The notes beneath the pieces were generated by a model. The model saw only the letters and a program-made list of their open reading frames with translations. It was not told the origin of the DNA and did no database searches. This document shows, in pieces, positions 18,896 to 27,422 of a stretch of DNA of 64,000 nt. The stretch spans positions 3,823,115-3,887,114 of the forward strand of contig OZ244854.1 of NCBI GenBank assembly GCA_965220985.1, given 5' to 3'. A program made the position numbers and the translations under genes. The DNA comes from Paracoccaceae bacterium. GTDB lineage: Bacteria; Pseudomonadota; Alphaproteobacteria; Rhodobacterales; Rhodobacteraceae. The stretch's first letter is position 1, and the number at the start of each line of letters is the position of its first letter.

Positions 18896-21313
18896 GTGAC
18901 CAAGCACTCGGTAAAGCACCTTGTCATCGGCGGTGGCATCATCGGTTGCTCCATCGCCTATCATTTGACCCGGAACGGCGAGAAAGACGTTGTCTTGCTG
19001 GAACGCGCGAACCTGACCGAGGGCGCGACCTGGCATGCGGCGGGCCTTGTTGGTCAACTGCGTTCTTCCCGCAACACCACGCGCATGCTGAAAAAATCGG
19101 TCGAGATGTATGACCGGCTCCAGGACGAAGACGGCATGCAGTTCGACTGGAAAAAGACCGGCTCGCTGCGGCTGGCTGCCACAAGGGAACGGATGCTCGA
19201 AGCCAGGCGCCTCGCCACCATGGCGCGCAGCTTCGATCTCGAGATGTCCATCATTTCACCCGACGAAGCCAGGGAACTGTTCCCGTTGATCGAGTCGAAG
19301 GGGCTTGAAGGCGCGGCCTTCATCCCGTCGGACGGCTATGTGGATCCGGCCTCTCTGTGTCAGGCCATTGCGAGCGCCGCCCGCAAGCAGGGCGCGCAAA
19401 TCAGGCAAGGCGTCGAAGTCGCGGATTTCACCGTCACGGACGGCCGCATCACCGAGGTCATGACCACTGATGGCGTCTACGCAGCCGAAACGGTCATTCT
19501 TGCGACCGGCATGTGGAGCCGCGAACTCGGTGCCAAGTTGGGGATCCGTATCCCGGCCTGCGCGGTCGAGCACCAGTACATCGTCACGGAATCGACGGGA
19601 AGCGAGGTCGGCCACTACCCCACGCTGCGCGACCCTGAACGGCTGGTCTACTACAAGCCGGATGCCGGCGGGCGCCTGGTCATCGGTGGCTACGAGGAAG
19701 ACACCCTGCCGTTTGGCGACCGGGAGATCCCGGGACGTTTCGTCCGCCAACTCCTGCCAGAGAACCTCGACCGTTTCCTGCCGCTCGCCGAGCTTGCGGG
19801 GCAGGTCACCCCGATCGTCAACGAAGTCGGCATCCGCCAGGTCATCAATGGCCCCATTCCGTACTCGGCGGACGGCGATTTCGTGATGGGCTGGCAGCCC
19901 GGGTTTGACAATCTGATGCTTGCGACCGGTTTTCTCTACGGCATTGCCGCCGGTGGCGGCGCAGGCGAGATGATCGCGGAGTGGATCTTGGATGGTTCGC
20001 CGTCATTGGACCTGTGGCCCCTCGACGTGCGTCGCTTTGGGCCGCATCATGGCACGCGTGCCTTCATGTATCCCCGCGCAATCGAACACTACGCCCACCA
20101 CTACAAGATGCGCTATCCGGGCCAGGAGCACGAGACGGCGCGCCAGCTGCGCCTGTCACCGCTCTACCAGCGCCTGAAGGATGCGGGAGCGGTCTACGGC
20201 TCGAAAAACGGATGGGAGCGGCCATTGTGGTTCGCGCCCGAAGGCGTGGAGCCCGTCGACCAGCTCGACTTTCTTGAGCCCGGCTGGAAGAAATACGTCG
20301 CCGAAGAACACAAATCCGTGCGCGAGCGCGTGGCCCTGATCGATCAATCGTCATTCGCCAAGTTCGACATCGTTGGCCCCGGCACGCTCGAACTTTTGCA
20401 ATGGCTCTGCGTTTCCGACATGGACAAGCCGCTCGGATCGGTCATCTACACCCAGATGTGCAACGCGAGGGGCGGGACAGAGGCCGATGTGACCCTTGTC
20501 CGCATGGGTCGCGATCACTTCTATCTTGTCACCGGTTCCGGGTTTGGCGTCCACGACAGTGACTGGATCAAGCGCAACATGCCCACCGACGGCTCGGTTC
20601 ACGTGATCGACGCCACCTCGGGAAAGGCCGTGATCAACATCGTTGGCCCGAATTCGCGCGATGTCCTGGCACGAGCATCCGAATCCGACGTCTCGAACGA
20701 GGCGATCCCGTATTCCGCCGCGCGCGAGATCGTCATCGGGACTGCGCCAGTTCTGGCAGCCCGCATCGGATACGTGGGCGAGCGTGGCTATGAGCTGCAC
20801 ATCCCGACCGAATTTGCGGCACACGTCTACGACTTGCTCTGGGCAGCAGGCCAGGATGAAGGCATCGCCAATGTTGGCTACCGTGCAATCGAAAGCCTGC
20901 GCATGGAAAAAGGCTACATCTATTGGTCAAGCGACGTGACACCGGACTACACGCCGGTCGAGGCGGGCGTCGGCTTCCGGGTACACCTGGAGTCCAAGGG
21001 TGAATTCCTGGGACGCGCTGTGCTGGAATCGCAAAAGGGCGGCAACCTCGATCGCAAGCTCTGCACCTTCGTGACCGACGCAGACCTGCCGCTGACCGGC
21101 GGTGAAACGATCCTCGTTGGAGACGAGGTGGTCTCGCTCGCGACTTCGGTGGGCTTCGGCTACACCGTCGGAAAGACAATTGTTCGCGGTTACCTGGAAA
21201 AGGCGCACTGGGACAACGCGGATTTCATGCTCGAGGTCTTCGGTGATCGACACCCCATCACCCAGGTGGATGGGCCGCTCTACGATCCGGGAAACAAGGC
21301 GCTCAAGGGATAG
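18896..21313 (+). CDS. dimethylglycine/sarcosine dehydrogenase-like enzyme (FAD oxidoreductase fused to a GcvT aminomethyltransferase domain), copy 1
   Basis: The FAD site reads VIGGGIIGCSIAYHL and the GcvT region reads GYVGERGYELHIP. A GTG at 18896 lies 8 nt after GGAGGA. Confidence 0.8.
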   Translation: MTKHSVKHLVIGGGIIGCSIAYHLTRNGEKDVVLLERANLTEGATWHAAGLVGQLRSSRNTTRMLKKSVEMYDRLQDEDGMQFDWKKTGSLRLAATRERMLEARRLATMARSFDLEMSIISPDEARELFPLIESKGLEGAAFIPSDGYVDPASLCQAIASAARKQGAQIRQGVEVADFTVTDGRITEVMTTDGVYAAETVILATGMWSRELGAKLGIRIPACAVEHQYIVTESTGSEVGHYPTLRDPERLVYYKPDAGGRLVIGGYEEDTLPFGDREIPGRFVRQLLPENLDRFLPLAELAGQVTPIVNEVGIRQVINGPIPYSADGDFVMGWQPGFDNLMLATGFLYGIAAGGGAGEMIAEWILDGSPSLDLWPLDVRRFGPHHGTRAFMYPRAIEHYAHHYKMRYPGQEHETARQLRLSPLYQRLKDAGAVYGSKNGWERPLWFAPEGVEPVDQLDFLEPGWKKYVAEEHKSVRERVALIDQSSFAKFDIVGPGTLELLQWLCVSDMDKPLGSVIYTQMCNARGGTEADVTLVRMGRDHFYLVTGSGFGVHDSDWIKRNMPTDGSVHVIDATSGKAVINIVGPNSRDVLARASESDVSNEAIPYSAAREIVIGTAPVLAARIGYVGERGYELHIPTEFAAHVYDLLWAAGQDEGIANVGYRAIESLRMEKGYIYWSSDVTPDYTPVEAGVGFRVHLESKGEFLGRAVLESQKGGNLDRKLCTFVTDADLPLTGGETILVGDEVVSLATSVGFGYTVGKTIVRGYLEKAHWDNADFMLEVFGDRHPITQVDGPLYDPGNKALKG

Positions 21314-21333
21314 ACGGGAAAAGGAAGGTCCTC

Positions 21334-22257
21334 ATGACGGAACACGCAGAAACGGTGGTGGCAGCGCTCCGCGCGGCGCCAGGGTTCGAGAATGCCGAAG
21401 TTCGAAGCATCACTCGACTCGGCGGTCTGACGAACCTGGTGCACCGGGTTGATTTGTCCGACCGCTCGGTAATCGTTCGCATCCCCGGTGCCGGAACAGA
21501 GGAGTACATCGACCGGGCGATCGAAATCCACAACGCCAGGGCTGCTGCCATGGCCGGCGTCTCGCCCGAGGTCATCCATGCCGATGCTGACAGTGGCCTG
21601 ATGATCAGCGAAACCGTGCAGAACATCGAAACGATGACGCCGGCCCTATTCAAGTCGCGTGCCGGTGCCGCAGGCCGAGCCGGGGTGGCCTTGGCAAAAC
21701 TCCACAACTCCGGCCAAACCTTCGAGTTCCGGTTCGAACTCTTTGCGATGATTGACGATTATCTGAAGGTTCTGTCGACCAAGGACGTCGAGTTGCCCGA
21801 AGGCTATCATGACGTGGTCGCGGCTGCAGAGCCAGTGAAGGAAGTTCTAGCAAATGCAGACCTGCCGCTTGCGCCCTGTCACTGCGACCCGCTTTGCGAG
21901 AACTTTCTCGACGATGGCGAGATCATGTGGATCGTCGATTGGGAATACTCCGGCATGAACGATCCGCTGTGGGACGTGGGCGACCTTTCGGTCGAGGCCG
22001 GCATGGACGCAGATCAGGATGCCGAACTGATGCGGGCGTATTTCGGGCGGGAACCGGCGGCTTCGGAAACCGGCCGAATGGTGATCTACAAAGCTATGTG
22101 CGATCTGCTTTGGACACTTTGGGGCCTGATTCAGCACGCCGACGGCAACCCGACGGAAGATTTCTGGGCGTATTCCACGGGCCGTTTCGATCGATGCAAG
22201 GTGCTGATGCATGATGCGAGCTTCGAGCGCCACGTCGACGCCGTTCGCAACGGGTAG
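21334..22257 (+). CDS. choline/ethanolamine-kinase-family phosphotransferase, copy 1
   Basis: The Brenner-type motif reads PCHCDPLCENFL and the following motif reads WIVDWEYSGMNDPLWDVGDL. Confidence 0.7.
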   Translation: MTEHAETVVAALRAAPGFENAEVRSITRLGGLTNLVHRVDLSDRSVIVRIPGAGTEEYIDRAIEIHNARAAAMAGVSPEVIHADADSGLMISETVQNIETMTPALFKSRAGAAGRAGVALAKLHNSGQTFEFRFELFAMIDDYLKVLSTKDVELPEGYHDVVAAAEPVKEVLANADLPLAPCHCDPLCENFLDDGEIMWIVDWEYSGMNDPLWDVGDLSVEAGMDADQDAELMRAYFGREPAASETGRMVIYKAMCDLLWTLWGLIQHADGNPTEDFWAYSTGRFDRCKVLMHDASFERHVDAVRNG

Positions 22258-22502
22258 ACCGAGGGCCTTGCCAATTCGCATTGTCTCGGTCGGTATGGCT
22301 CGGGAACCATGGATTTGGTCCCTGGCAATCGGATTGCCCGCTTCCCAATTGCGGAGATGAAACAGCCGACTCGATCCAAATCGTTGAATTTTGTTGATTT
22401 GACGGCAGAAAGATGATCAAGTTTGATTGCGATGAGCGAGCGGGGACTGGCAATTCAGCGCAGCCTCGCCTTGTCGAATCGAACCAATTGGGAGGAGAGA
22501 TC

Positions 22503-23429
22503 ATGAGAACAATCGCAGCAGCTGCAGCACTGTCCATTGCAGCGATTCCGGCGTGGGCGGACAGCGCTGATCCGATCAAGCTGACCCTGCATGACTGGTC
22601 CGGACAGCTCATCACGACCACCCTCATGGGCGAGGTGCTCAAGGCAGGCGGCCACAATGTCGAATACGTGCAGGCCGACTACATCGCTCAGTTCGCAGGG
22701 CTGGAGACGGGCGATTTGCACGTTGCCATGGAGATCTGGGAAACGACTGGCCGCGAAGCAATGGATGCCGCAATTGCCACTGGCAATGTCGTGTCGCTCG
22801 GCGAGACGGGCATGGAGGCAATCGAGGAGTGGTGGTACCCCTCGTACATGGAGGAGCGCTGCCCCGGACTGCCCAACTGGGAAGCTCTGAAGGACTGCCC
22901 GGAAGCCTTTGCGACTCCGGAAACCGCTCCGTTGGGTCGTTATCTTGGCGGTCCGGTGACCTGGGGCGGATTTGACGACGAACGTGTCGAGGCGCTCGAG
23001 CTGGACTTTGAAGTCGTTCATGCTGGCACCGACGCTGCGCTGTTTGCCGAGCTGGAAGCCGCATACCAGCGCCAGGACCCGATCGTTCTGTGGGTCTACT
23101 CGCCGCACTGGGCGCCCGCGAAGTACGAGGGCTCGTTCGTCGAGTTCCCGCCGTTTACGCCCGAGTGCTACAGCGACCCGTCCGTGGGCATCAATCCTGA
23201 CGCAGCCTACGACTGTGGCAAGCCCACCGGACCGATCTGGAAAGTCGCCCACGTCGGACTGAAGGAAAGCCACCCTGATGCAACGCAGACGATCATGAAC
23301 TTCACGATCTCGAATGCAGACATGGGGGCAATGGTCGCGGAAGTCGACCTGAACGGCAAGTCGGTCGAAGACACGGTCGCTGCCTGGATGGACGCAAATG
23401 AAGATACTTGGAAGGCTTGGCTGAACTGA
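22503..23429 (+). CDS. glycine betaine-type ABC transporter substrate-binding protein (OpuAC/ProX family)
   Basis: Signal peptide MRTIAAAAALSIAAIPAWA after a GGGAGGAGA RBS. This is a periplasmic binding protein sitting next to ProV- and ProW-like genes. Confidence 0.75.
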   Translation: MRTIAAAAALSIAAIPAWADSADPIKLTLHDWSGQLITTTLMGEVLKAGGHNVEYVQADYIAQFAGLETGDLHVAMEIWETTGREAMDAAIATGNVVSLGETGMEAIEEWWYPSYMEERCPGLPNWEALKDCPEAFATPETAPLGRYLGGPVTWGGFDDERVEALELDFEVVHAGTDAALFAELEAAYQRQDPIVLWVYSPHWAPAKYEGSFVEFPPFTPECYSDPSVGINPDAAYDCGKPTGPIWKVAHVGLKESHPDATQTIMNFTISNADMGAMVAEVDLNGKSVEDTVAAWMDANEDTWKAWLN

Positions 23430-23446
23430 ACCCTTCCTGATCCATC

Positions 23447-23470
23447 GCGCCCGCACTCACGTGCGGGCGC
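23447..23470 (+). terminator. GC-rich intercistronic hairpin after the binding-protein gene (partial terminator or mRNA stabiliser)
   Basis: GCGCCCGCAC-TCAC-GTGCGGGCGC, a 10-bp perfect stem, lies 18 nt after the stop and is followed by GCTTTCC. Confidence 0.35.
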
Positions 23471-23548
23471 GCTTTCCATCCCGAAAATGCACGGCCGATC
23501 GGGGGTCCGGTCTCGGGGCCCGAGAAAATTTTGGCCGAGGAAGCGAAG

Positions 23549-24562
23549 ATGACCAATCAGGTTCTGCTGGACTGCCAAGGCGTGTGGAAACTCTACGGCC
23601 CGCAGGCAGATGCCATCCTGAAAGAACACGCCGATCCTGATCTGGAACTTCTCAAGGCAAAAGGCGTGATTGGAGCGGTGCGTTCTGCCGACGTGCAGAT
23701 CCATCGTGGCGAGATCTTCGTCATCATGGGCCTGTCGGGGTCCGGAAAATCCACCTTGGTGCGTTGCCTCTCCCGTCTGGTCGAACCGACTGCCGGATCC
23801 ATCAACTTTGACGGGTTGGATCTGCTCAAGGCGTCGGATGCCGAACTCATCGAGATCCGCCGAAAGAAGATGGGGATGGTGTTTCAGCAGTTTGCCTTGC
23901 TGCCGCACTTGACTGTGCTGGAAAACGCAGCCTTCCCGCTCGACGTGCAAGGCGTGGACCGCAAGACCCGCGAAAAACGCGCGCGAGAAATGATCGAGCT
24001 TGTCGGATTGAGCGGTCGCGAGAACAACTACCCCCGCGAACTCTCGGGCGGACAGCAGCAACGGGTCGGCATCGCGCGCTCGCTGGCGGTGGAACCCGAT
24101 CTTTGGTTCCTCGACGAGCCATTCTCGGCGCTTGATCCACTGATTCGGCGCGAGATGCAGGACGAGTTCATGCGGCTGCAGAACATGCTCAAGAAAACGA
24201 TCGTGTTCATCACCCACGACTTTGACGAGGCAATTCGTCTCGCGGACCGCATTGCAGTGATGAAGGACGGCGCGATCGAGCAGATCGCGGCCCCGGAAGA
24301 GTTGGTGCTGAATCCTGCGACGGACTATGTCGCTGAGTTCACCAAACACGTCTCTCGCGCGAAGGTCATTCGCGCCAAGACCATCATGTCGCCTGCCGCG
24401 GCAGAAAGTTTTGCGGGCGACATCATGCATGACGCGACAGTCGAAAGCGTCGCCGACCAGGTCGAGGCCGCCGCAGAGCCGTTCCGCGTGGTGCAAGATG
24501 GCAACGTGATCGGCCAGATCGACAAGAAGGCCGTGGTGGACGTGCTCGTGGGGCGCCTTTGA
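23549..24562 (+). CDS. proV: glycine betaine/proline-type ABC transporter ATP-binding protein
   Basis: Walker A GLSGSGKST, signature LSGGQQQRVGIARS and Walker B LWFLDEPFSALD, plus a C-terminal regulatory extension. Confidence 0.85.
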   Translation: MTNQVLLDCQGVWKLYGPQADAILKEHADPDLELLKAKGVIGAVRSADVQIHRGEIFVIMGLSGSGKSTLVRCLSRLVEPTAGSINFDGLDLLKASDAELIEIRRKKMGMVFQQFALLPHLTVLENAAFPLDVQGVDRKTREKRAREMIELVGLSGRENNYPRELSGGQQQRVGIARSLAVEPDLWFLDEPFSALDPLIRREMQDEFMRLQNMLKKTIVFITHDFDEAIRLADRIAVMKDGAIEQIAAPEELVLNPATDYVAEFTKHVSRAKVIRAKTIMSPAAAESFAGDIMHDATVESVADQVEAAAEPFRVVQDGNVIGQIDKKAVVDVLVGRL

Positions 24563-26544
24563 TGCGACGTTGGATGACATGGAATTCTGCCTTTTGGGGC
24601 GGGCTGTTCGCTGTCACCCTGTTGTTTTCGACCTACTCCTTCCAGATCTACAAGGCGCTGGATGCACGCTGGATCATCCGATTCCCCAAGGCATACGAAC
24701 TGCCCACGGAAGTTTGGCTGTCGGCATTTCTCGACTGGCTCGTGGACAACGCGCATTTCGTTTTCTTCACTTTTCGCGACGTGACCCGCGCGATCGCGGC
24801 TCTCATCGAAGCGCCGTACCGAGTCCTGCTCAATCTGTTGATCGAAGGCTTCCAAAGCGGGCTTGGTGAACAAGCCGTGCAATATGCGCCGTCCCTCACC
24901 TGGATAGCGGTCATTGCGGTTGCTGTGGCGATTGCCCATTACGCGAAGGACTGGAGACTTGCCGCTCTCACCGGCGCCTGCTTTGCGTATCTTGCCGTGT
25001 TCGGCCAGTGGGACAGCGCAATGGTCACGCTGGCTTCCGTTCTCGTCGCCGTCCCGATCGGCTCGACCGGCGGACTTCTCCTCGGCATCGCAGCCTATCG
25101 CAGCCCGTTGATCGAGAAACTGCTGCGGCCGATCCTGGATCTGATGCAGACGGTCCCGGTCTTTGCCTATCTTGTGCCGGTTCTGATCCTCTTTGGCTTC
25201 GGTCCGGTTGCGGCCCTCGTGGCAACGGTGATCTACGCCATGCCGCCCATGGTGCGGGTGACGATCGTCGCTCTCAAGAGCGTGCCGGAAGAGATCAAGG
25301 AAGCGGGCCTGATGGTCGGCTGCACGCGTCGCCAGATGATGTGGAAAATCCTCGTTCCCTCTGCCAGCCCGGCGCTCATGGTCGGCGTGAACCAGGTGAT
25401 CATGCTCACGCTCAACATGGTGATCATCGCCTCGATGATCGGTGCGGGCGGCCTCGGGTTCGACGTGCTGGCCAGTCTGCGGCGACTGGACATTGGCGGA
25501 GGCATCGAGGCGGGTCTCGGAATCGTGGTCATGGCAATCGCGCTCGATCGCGTCAGCCAGGCCTTCGCGACGCGCGGCATGCAAGAGTCGCTCTCAGGCA
25601 ACTACGTCCAGCGTCATCCGTGGTTGGCGACATCTTTCGCGATCATCGTGGGCACGCTCATCCTGGGACGGTTCGCGCCGGGCGTGCAGACGTATCCTGA
25701 CGCGCTGACGATCTCCACCGGCGGGTTCTGGTCCGATGCGATGGAGTGGATCAACGTGAACTATTATGACGCGTTCGAGGCAATCAAGCTGTTCTTTCTG
25801 CAGGGATTGCTCTTGCCGGTCAAAAAGTTCTTCACAGGCATTCCATGGGCCTGGGGAATCATCGCGATGGGGCTTTTCGCCGGAAGGGTGGCCGGCTGGC
25901 GAATGGGCGTCGTGGCCGCGCTGTTCATGGGATTCATCGCCGCGAGCGGCCTGTGGGGCAAGGCCATGGTCACGATCTACCTTTGCGGCGTCTCCGTCCT
26001 GATCGCGACCATCATTGGCATCCCCTTGGGCATCTGGGCATCGGAGCGTCCCGGCGCAGGCAGGGTGATCCTTGGCTTGATGGACACGCTGCAGACCCTG
26101 CCGAGCTTCGTTTACCTGATTCCGGTCGTCATGCTCTTTCGGGTCGGAGATTTCAGCGCCATGATCGCCGTGGTCCTGTACGCCTTGGCCCCTGCAGTTC
26201 GTTATGCAGCCTTCGGACTGCGCGAAGTGCCCGAACACCTGATCGAGGCGGGCCGGATGACAGGCTGCACGCCGCGCCAGATCCTGGTCCGGATCAAGCT
26301 GCCATTGGCGACGCCGCAGCTTCTGCTGGGTCTCAACCAGACCATCATGCTTGCCCTTTCAATGCTGGTGATCACGGCTCTGGTCGGGACCCGGGATCTT
26401 GGTCAAGAGGTCTACATCGCCCTGACCAAGGCGAATGCCGGTCAGGGCATTGTCGCAGGTCTGTGCGTGGCATTCATCGCGATAATCGCTGATCGCGTCG
26501 TCAACGCTGCGGCCGAACAGCAACGACGGAGGCTGGGAATATGA
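24562..26544 (+). CDS. ABC transporter permease made of two fused ProW-like transmembrane domains
   Basis: Two copies of the permease core are present: TVPVFAYLVPVLILFGFG...EAGLMVGCTRRQMMWKILVP and TLPSFVYLIPVVMLFRVG...EAGRMTGCTPRQILVRIKLP. It overlaps the proV stop (TGATG). Confidence 0.8.
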   Translation: MRRWMTWNSAFWGGLFAVTLLFSTYSFQIYKALDARWIIRFPKAYELPTEVWLSAFLDWLVDNAHFVFFTFRDVTRAIAALIEAPYRVLLNLLIEGFQSGLGEQAVQYAPSLTWIAVIAVAVAIAHYAKDWRLAALTGACFAYLAVFGQWDSAMVTLASVLVAVPIGSTGGLLLGIAAYRSPLIEKLLRPILDLMQTVPVFAYLVPVLILFGFGPVAALVATVIYAMPPMVRVTIVALKSVPEEIKEAGLMVGCTRRQMMWKILVPSASPALMVGVNQVIMLTLNMVIIASMIGAGGLGFDVLASLRRLDIGGGIEAGLGIVVMAIALDRVSQAFATRGMQESLSGNYVQRHPWLATSFAIIVGTLILGRFAPGVQTYPDALTISTGGFWSDAMEWINVNYYDAFEAIKLFFLQGLLLPVKKFFTGIPWAWGIIAMGLFAGRVAGWRMGVVAALFMGFIAASGLWGKAMVTIYLCGVSVLIATIIGIPLGIWASERPGAGRVILGLMDTLQTLPSFVYLIPVVMLFRVGDFSAMIAVVLYALAPAVRYAAFGLREVPEHLIEAGRMTGCTPRQILVRIKLPLATPQLLLGLNQTIMLALSMLVITALVGTRDLGQEVYIALTKANAGQGIVAGLCVAFIAIIADRVVNAAAEQQRRRLGI

Positions 26545-27413
26545 ACGAAGCGATCCAACGCGCGGAGGCTCTGCCGTGCTTCAAGAAACCGACCGACATC
26601 ATCCCGCTTGGCGGCGGCATCACCAACGTGAACCTGAAGGTGACCGATGACGGGTCTGCATATGTGGTGCGGCTGGGCGCCGACATTCCCGAGCACGGCG
26701 TCATGCGCTGGAATGAACTTGCGCTGAGCCGAGCGGCCCACGCGCTCGGCGTTGCACCAAGAATCGTCCACAGCGAACCGGGCGTCCTGGTGCTGGACTT
26801 CATCGAGGCACGAACTTTCGCCGAGGACGATGTCCGGTCTCCGAACAACCTGCCGCGAATTGTCGACCTGATCGCGAAAACCCATCGCGGGCTGGGCGCG
26901 CATCTCACGGAGCCGGTGCTCGCGTTCTGGCCATACCAGGTGAACCGGACCTATGTGACGCGGCTTCTGGCGGAGAATTCGGCCCATGCGGCCAAGTTGC
27001 CCGAGTTGATGGCCGAACAGGACAAGCTGATTGCCGCAACGGGCCCCGTGGATCTGGTGATCGGCCACAACGACTTGCTTGCGGCCAACATCATGGATGA
27101 CGGCGCTCGACTGTGGCTCATCGATTGGGAATACGGCGGATTCAATTCTCCCCTGTTCGATCTGGCGGGGCTCGCCGGCAACAACGGCCTGACCGAGACC
27201 CAGGAAAGGGACATGCTGTCGCAGTATTTCGAGACCGATCCAGAGTCCCACTGGCGCTCGTATCAGGCGATGAAATGCGCATCCCTGATGCGGGAGACCC
27301 TCTGGTCCATGATGTCGGAAATTCATTCCGAGATCGACTTCGACTACGCCGGTTACACTGCGGAAAACCTTGCGCGGTTGCACGCCGCCCTGACCGATTT
27401 CCACAACGCGTAA
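26541..27413 (+). CDS. choline/ethanolamine-kinase-family phosphotransferase, copy 2
   Basis: Contains IGHNDLLAANIM and WLIDWEYGGFNSPLFDLAGL. ATGA overlap with the permease stop. Confidence 0.7.
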   Translation: MNEAIQRAEALPCFKKPTDIIPLGGGITNVNLKVTDDGSAYVVRLGADIPEHGVMRWNELALSRAAHALGVAPRIVHSEPGVLVLDFIEARTFAEDDVRSPNNLPRIVDLIAKTHRGLGAHLTEPVLAFWPYQVNRTYVTRLLAENSAHAAKLPELMAEQDKLIAATGPVDLVIGHNDLLAANIMDDGARLWLIDWEYGGFNSPLFDLAGLAGNNGLTETQERDMLSQYFETDPESHWRSYQAMKCASLMRETLWSMMSEIHSEIDFDYAGYTAENLARLHAALTDFHNA

Positions 27414-27422
27414 GGGAGCGAC

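Noticed and set aside
22258-22502. A 245-nt leader upstream of the betaine binding-protein gene, examined for a glycine- or betaine-type riboswitch.
   Set aside because: I could not find the conserved glycine-riboswitch core or any convincing nested helices by eye. A covariance-model scan would be needed, so I make no call.
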